The translations under genes and the position numbers were made by a program. Of a stretch of 10,296 nt of DNA, positions 7,282 through 10,296 are shown one piece after another. The stretch's first letter is position 1. Each line of letters begins with the position of its first letter. The stretch comes from an archaeon (GTDB taxonomy: Archaea > Iainarchaeota > Iainarchaeia > Iainarchaeales > DATDZZ01), in contig DATDZZ010000076.1 in the NCBI GenBank assembly GCA_035288565.1, positions 1 to 10,296 of the forward strand. Direction: 5' to 3'. Under the pieces are notes generated by a model. The model saw nothing but the letters and a program-made list of their open reading frames with translations, was not told the origin of the DNA and searched no databases.

Positions 7282-8151
7282 ATGTTTATAAAATCTTTCA
7301 ATGTGATTTCTTCAATGAAGCTTCTTAATTCATTTTACGAAAAAATTGTTTCAAAAAAAATCAGAAAAACAGTTAATGAAATAAAATTCAGGCTCAGATG
7401 GCTGGATCCATTCACTTACGTTGACTTGTTCTTGATGCCCAGAATTAATCCGAATAAAAACAAAAGCATTGAATCAATTGTATACCTTATTAGTGCATTG
7501 GTTTTTGCATTCCTTTTATACAATTTGCTTGGCCTGCTTTTCAGCACTCAGACTCCTTTAGTGATTGTTGTATCAGATTCAATGGTTCCGAACATGTTTA
7601 GAGGAGATGTAATTGTTTTAATTGGGTCAACAGGGCCTGCAGTCAATGCAGATGAAATTAACTTAAATGAAAATATTGAAGGAAAGTTTTTCTCTGAATT
7701 CGCTTCAGTTCAATATTATTCTTCAGATAAATTCAATGAAGAGATTTCCAAAATTGTTTTCAGTTCAGGTGAAGAGCTTTTAATTCCAAGAGAATCAGGA
7801 AACGATGCAATTGTTTACACTGAGCAGAGAAGAGGAATTCAAATAATTCACAGAGTTATTGCAAAAATTAAAAGCAGCGGCAAGTATTATTTTTTAACTA
7901 AAGGAGACAATAACCCAACAATGGATCAGGACTGCGGGCAGGTAAAAAATGTATTTATTCCTGGAACAGATGTCAAGGCAATTGCTTCAGAAAAGCAGTG
8001 CATTTCTCTCTACCCCATTCTGGAAAATAAAGTTGACGGAAAAGCTGTTTTAAGGATTCCTTTAATCGGCTTCATTAAACTGCTTTTAATTGACGATCCC
8101 CTGCAGATATTGGGAGGGTGCCTTCAAAAAAACAACTGCAGACTACCATGA
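7282..8151 (+). CDS. Archaeal-type signal peptidase I (S26B/Sec11-like). Start codon uncertain: alternative ATGs at 7315 and 7435.
   Basis: TM anchor IVYLISALVFAFLLYNLLGLLF. Box B: VVSDSMVPNMFRGDVIVL, with the catalytic Ser. The catalytic His is in IQIIHRVIA. The archaeal/eukaryal GDNN box is TKGDNNPTMDQD. A TTTATAAAA element at 7285-7293 could be a TATA box for a leaderless start at 7315. Confidence 0.78.
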   Translation: MFIKSFNVISSMKLLNSFYEKIVSKKIRKTVNEIKFRLRWLDPFTYVDLFLMPRINPNKNKSIESIVYLISALVFAFLLYNLLGLLFSTQTPLVIVVSDSMVPNMFRGDVIVLIGSTGPAVNADEINLNENIEGKFFSEFASVQYYSSDKFNEEISKIVFSSGEELLIPRESGNDAIVYTEQRRGIQIIHRVIAKIKSSGKYYFLTKGDNNPTMDQDCGQVKNVFIPGTDVKAIASEKQCISLYPILENKVDGKAVLRIPLIGFIKLLLIDDPLQILGGCLQKNNCRLP

Positions 8152-8188
8152 TTTAAAAGTTTCTCTTTTTCTATTAATAGGTGAATTG

Positions 8189-8938
8189 ATGGTTAAATTA
8201 ATTTTAGATGACGCCCAGGAATTCAAGAAAGCTGTTGACGCTGTCTCTGTTTTAATTGATGAAGCCGAATTCATTGTTGATGAAAAAAGATTCGCTTTAA
8301 AGGCAACTGATCCAAGCCAGATCTCAATGGTTGACTTTGAATTGGATAAAAAAGCCTTCAAAAGCTATGAAGTAAAAAAGCCGACAAAAATCGGATTAGA
8401 TTTAAGCTATTTAAGCCAGGTAATGGGCAGAAGCAAAGCAAAAGAATCTCTTACAATAGAATTGGATGAAAAAGACTCAAGATTAAATATTACTTTTGAA
8501 GGCAATGCCAAAAGAAAATTTTCAATTCCGTTGCTTGACTTAAGCTCAACAGAGCTTCCTAACCCGAAAATTAATTTTGATGCAGAAATTAAAATGAATG
8601 CAGGCCTTCTTCAGGATGCATTGAAAGACGCTTCACTGATTTCAAATCACTTGACTTTAGGGGTTACAAGCGATTCATTTTTTGTGAATGCAAGTTCAAG
8701 CAAAGGAGAACTAAACAATGTTTCTCAGAAAAATGATTCAGATTTAAAGAAGCTTGAAGTAAAAAACGAGTGCAGTGCAATGTATCCATTGGACTTCCTT
8801 TCAGACATGCTTAAAGCGGCTTCTTCTTCGGATGAAATAGATTTATTTCTTAAAACAGATGCTCCAATAAAAATTTCCTACAAAATAGGCAGGGCGCAGA
8901 TTATCTACTTTTTGGCTCCAAGAATAGAGACAAGCTGA
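8189..8938 (+). CDS. pcn: DNA polymerase sliding clamp PCNA (paralog 1).
   Basis: MVKLILDDAQEFKKAVDAVSVLIDEAEFIVDEKRFALKATDPSQISMVDFELDKKAFKSYEV... and the C-terminal ...IIYFLAPRIETS are colinear with archaeal PCNA (ATDPSxV, LAPR motifs). A GGTGA RBS lies 5 nt upstream of ATG 8189. The track ORF from 8090 is an N-terminal over-extension overlapping the peptidase gene. Confidence 0.9.
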   Translation: MVKLILDDAQEFKKAVDAVSVLIDEAEFIVDEKRFALKATDPSQISMVDFELDKKAFKSYEVKKPTKIGLDLSYLSQVMGRSKAKESLTIELDEKDSRLNITFEGNAKRKFSIPLLDLSSTELPNPKINFDAEIKMNAGLLQDALKDASLISNHLTLGVTSDSFFVNASSSKGELNNVSQKNDSDLKKLEVKNECSAMYPLDFLSDMLKAASSSDEIDLFLKTDAPIKISYKIGRAQIIYFLAPRIETS

Positions 8939-8982
8939 CTCGAATTCAATTCAATTCTCAGAATCAGGATTTACTTATTATG

Positions 8983-9183
8983 GCCAGGTATTGAGCTTCA
9001 GCGAAGATCGTGTGTTTTCGCCAACCTTTTCTTAAAAGGTTGCAGGATCGAGCGCAAGCGAAGATCGTGCTTCGGTTCACTCGCTCGAAAGCGAGTAAGT
9101 GGACGAGGAGGGAGCCGCAAGATAAACATCTTTGAGGCCTTACCACCCTGGCTCCCCTCTGAACCGTCATTTGAAACGGTCTG
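8983..9183. ncRNA. GC-rich, hairpin-dense island in an AT-rich genome. Possible structured ncRNA or repeat element of unknown class, strand undetermined.
   Basis: A sharp local GC rise. Perfect hairpins: CAACCTTTT-CTT-AAAAGGTTG (9021-9043), CGAAG-atcgtg-CTTCG, CTCGC-tcgaaa-GCGAG, a long-range GGGAGCC (9110-9116)/GGCTCCC (9149-9155) stem, and ACCGT-catttgaa-ACGGT. An internal 13-nt direct repeat AGCGAAGATCGTG occurs at 9000-9012 and 9057-9069. No tRNA T-loop/cloverleaf was detectable. Confidence 0.3.
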
Positions 9184-9237
9184 ATTAAATTATTGAATAA
9201 ATGTTTAAATTTGTTTCTTTTACGCATTTACGTCATA

Positions 9238-9267
9238 TTTCTTTTTTTTTAAAGGGTTTTTTTGCTT
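9238..9267 (+). terminator. Oligo-T terminator (TTTCTTTTTTTTTAAAGGGTTTTTTTG).
   Basis: T9 and T7 runs downstream of PCNA1 and the GC-rich island. Likely ends the + strand transcript(s). Confidence 0.5.
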
Positions 9268-9395
9268 TGATTAATGAAAAAAAAGAAAAATAGCCAGTGA
9301 GCTGGTTTTAGATTCAAGAATTTCAGATAACCGGATAAAGCCAGATTTCTTTGAATTAAAAGAATAAGTTAAAAAACTTCAAAGAAATTAATTTA

Positions 9396-10127
9396 ATGGG
9401 GATAAACTTGATTGAATTAAAGCGAGCAATGTTGTGGCAGAAAGTAATTGCATCAATTTCTTCTTTGATAAGTGAAGGAAATTTAAGGTTCTCAGATAAA
9501 GGGATTGGCTTCAAGGCAATTGATCCAAGCCAAATAGTTTTAGTTGATTTCTTTTTAGATAAAAAGAATTTCGAAAAATATGAAGTAGAGCCTTCTCTTA
9601 TCGGAGTGGATTTAGCTGAATTAAATAAAATAATGCAGAGAGCTTCAACTGAAGACAGGCTTTCAATGGAGTTAAGCGAAAGCGAGCTAAACTTGAATCT
9701 GGAAGGAGACCTTTCAAGGCACTTCAAACTTCCATTAATTGACTTAAATGAAGATGAAATTAAAATCCCTGAAGCAAGCTTTGAAGCAAAAATTGAAGTG
9801 AATGCAAGAAACCTGAAAGAAGCATTAAAGGACGCAGCCTTATTCGGCTCAAGCATTATATTAAAAGTTTCAAAAGGAAAATTAATGCTTGAAGCAAGAG
9901 GAAGCCAAGGACAGTTAAAAACAATTGTTAAAGGGGCAAAAGCATCTGTTGCAGGAAAAGACGAAATAGTTTCCAAGTATTCATTGAATTACTTAATCAA
10001 TATCTTGAAAGAAGCTGAAAACGAAAAAAAAGTTTTCCTTGAAATAAAATCTGATTCTCCAATAAAAGTTTCCTATAATTTAGGGGAAAGCACAATCCAG
10101 TTCCACCTTGCGCATATGATCATTTAA
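9396..10127 (+). CDS. Second, divergent PCNA sliding-clamp paralog.
   Basis: MGINLIELKRAMLWQKVIASISSLISEGNLRFSDKGIGFKAIDPSQIVLVDFFLDKKNFEKYEV... is colinear with PCNA1 over the full length (roughly 35-40% identity by eye). Shared blocks: IDPSQ, FxLPLIDL, LKDAxL. The C-terminus ...FHLAHMII replaces the usual LAPR/K motif. Confidence 0.85.
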   Translation: MGINLIELKRAMLWQKVIASISSLISEGNLRFSDKGIGFKAIDPSQIVLVDFFLDKKNFEKYEVEPSLIGVDLAELNKIMQRASTEDRLSMELSESELNLNLEGDLSRHFKLPLIDLNEDEIKIPEASFEAKIEVNARNLKEALKDAALFGSSIILKVSKGKLMLEARGSQGQLKTIVKGAKASVAGKDEIVSKYSLNYLINILKEAENEKKVFLEIKSDSPIKVSYNLGESTIQFHLAHMII

Positions 10128-10296
10128 GCCGCCGTCCAGCCGGCGAGTCTGGGTACACGTATTTCGCTTCGCTCAATACGTGGAGTGCATAGTGCCTAAC
10201 TCACGCAAAAGATTCCGCTCGCCGTCCCGTCCGCCGTCCAGCCGGCGCAACCTTTAATAAAGGTTGGCGAAAAGCACTGCATTAAGCAGTGCAAGC
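10128..10296. repeat. Second GC-rich hairpin-rich element, related to the 8983-9183 island. It runs to the window edge.
   Basis: Direct repeat CCGCCGTCCAGCCGGCG at 10129-10146 and 10232-10249. Hairpins CACGTATT-tcgcttcgctc-AATACGTG (10157-10183), CAACCTTT-aat-AAAGGTTG (10249-10267) followed by GGCGAAAAG, and GCACTGC-attaa-GCAGTGC. The CAACCTTT..AAAGGTTG+GGCGAAAA module and the GTATTGAGC..GCGAA module both recur in the first island in inverted orientation. Confidence 0.4.

Noticed and set aside
8143-8361. 72-aa reverse ORF across the peptidase/PCNA junction.
   Set aside because: Antisense to the PCNA N-terminus. No motif support.
8964-9227. 87-aa reverse-strand ORF spanning the GC-rich island between the PCNA genes.
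   Set aside because: Its Arg/Cys/Leu-rich composition is what GC-rich hairpin DNA yields on translation. It overlaps the perfect palindromic hairpins. The region is better explained as a structured RNA or repeat.
9356-9976. 206-aa reverse-strand ORF antisense to PCNA2.
   Set aside because: It is fully embedded antisense in a clear PCNA homologue. The S/F/L/K-rich translation has no motifs.
8983-10296. CRISPR array or tRNA genes in the GC-rich islands.
   Set aside because: There are only two copies of each short direct repeat, the spacing is irregular, and there is no repeat-spacer periodicity. No GTTCRANYC T-loop or cloverleaf-compatible acceptor/anticodon arms could be found by eye.

Overview
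The window is AT-rich with GC-rich non-coding islands, typical of a small archaeal genome (DPANN-like or euryarchaeal). Most of it is ordinary, mostly housekeeping, archaeal genes: DUF373 membrane protein (-), SPFH/stomatin (+), SpoIIM/DUF95-like membrane protein (-), exosome Csl4 and RNA polymerase subunit L in a probable operon (+), archaeal signal peptidase I (+), and two divergent PCNA sliding-clamp paralogs (+). The notable locus is at 1..3156: an archaeal LonB protease gene broken into three consecutive, separately framed ORFs. ORF 1 is the LonB N-part, which ends in the N-terminal splicing half of an intein (blocks A and B), then a stop and an oligo-T tract. ORF 2 is a free-standing two-motif LAGLIDADG homing endonuclease with an N-terminal HTH-like extension, in another frame, with its own TATA box. 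ORF 3 starts with an ATG followed by a 39-aa C-terminal intein half (blocks F and G, ending ...VSN|S) and then the rest of LonB (Walker B, protease domain). This looks like a split (trans-splicing) intein with a free-standing homing endonuclease gene between the halves, a 'fractured gene'. It could also be a contiguous intein caught in the process of breaking apart. The second unusual region is the pair of PCNA paralogs. They are separated by a ~200-nt GC-rich, hairpin-rich island, and a related GC-rich element follows the second PCNA. The two elements share a hairpin/flank motif in opposite orientation, so together they bracket the PCNA2 gene.
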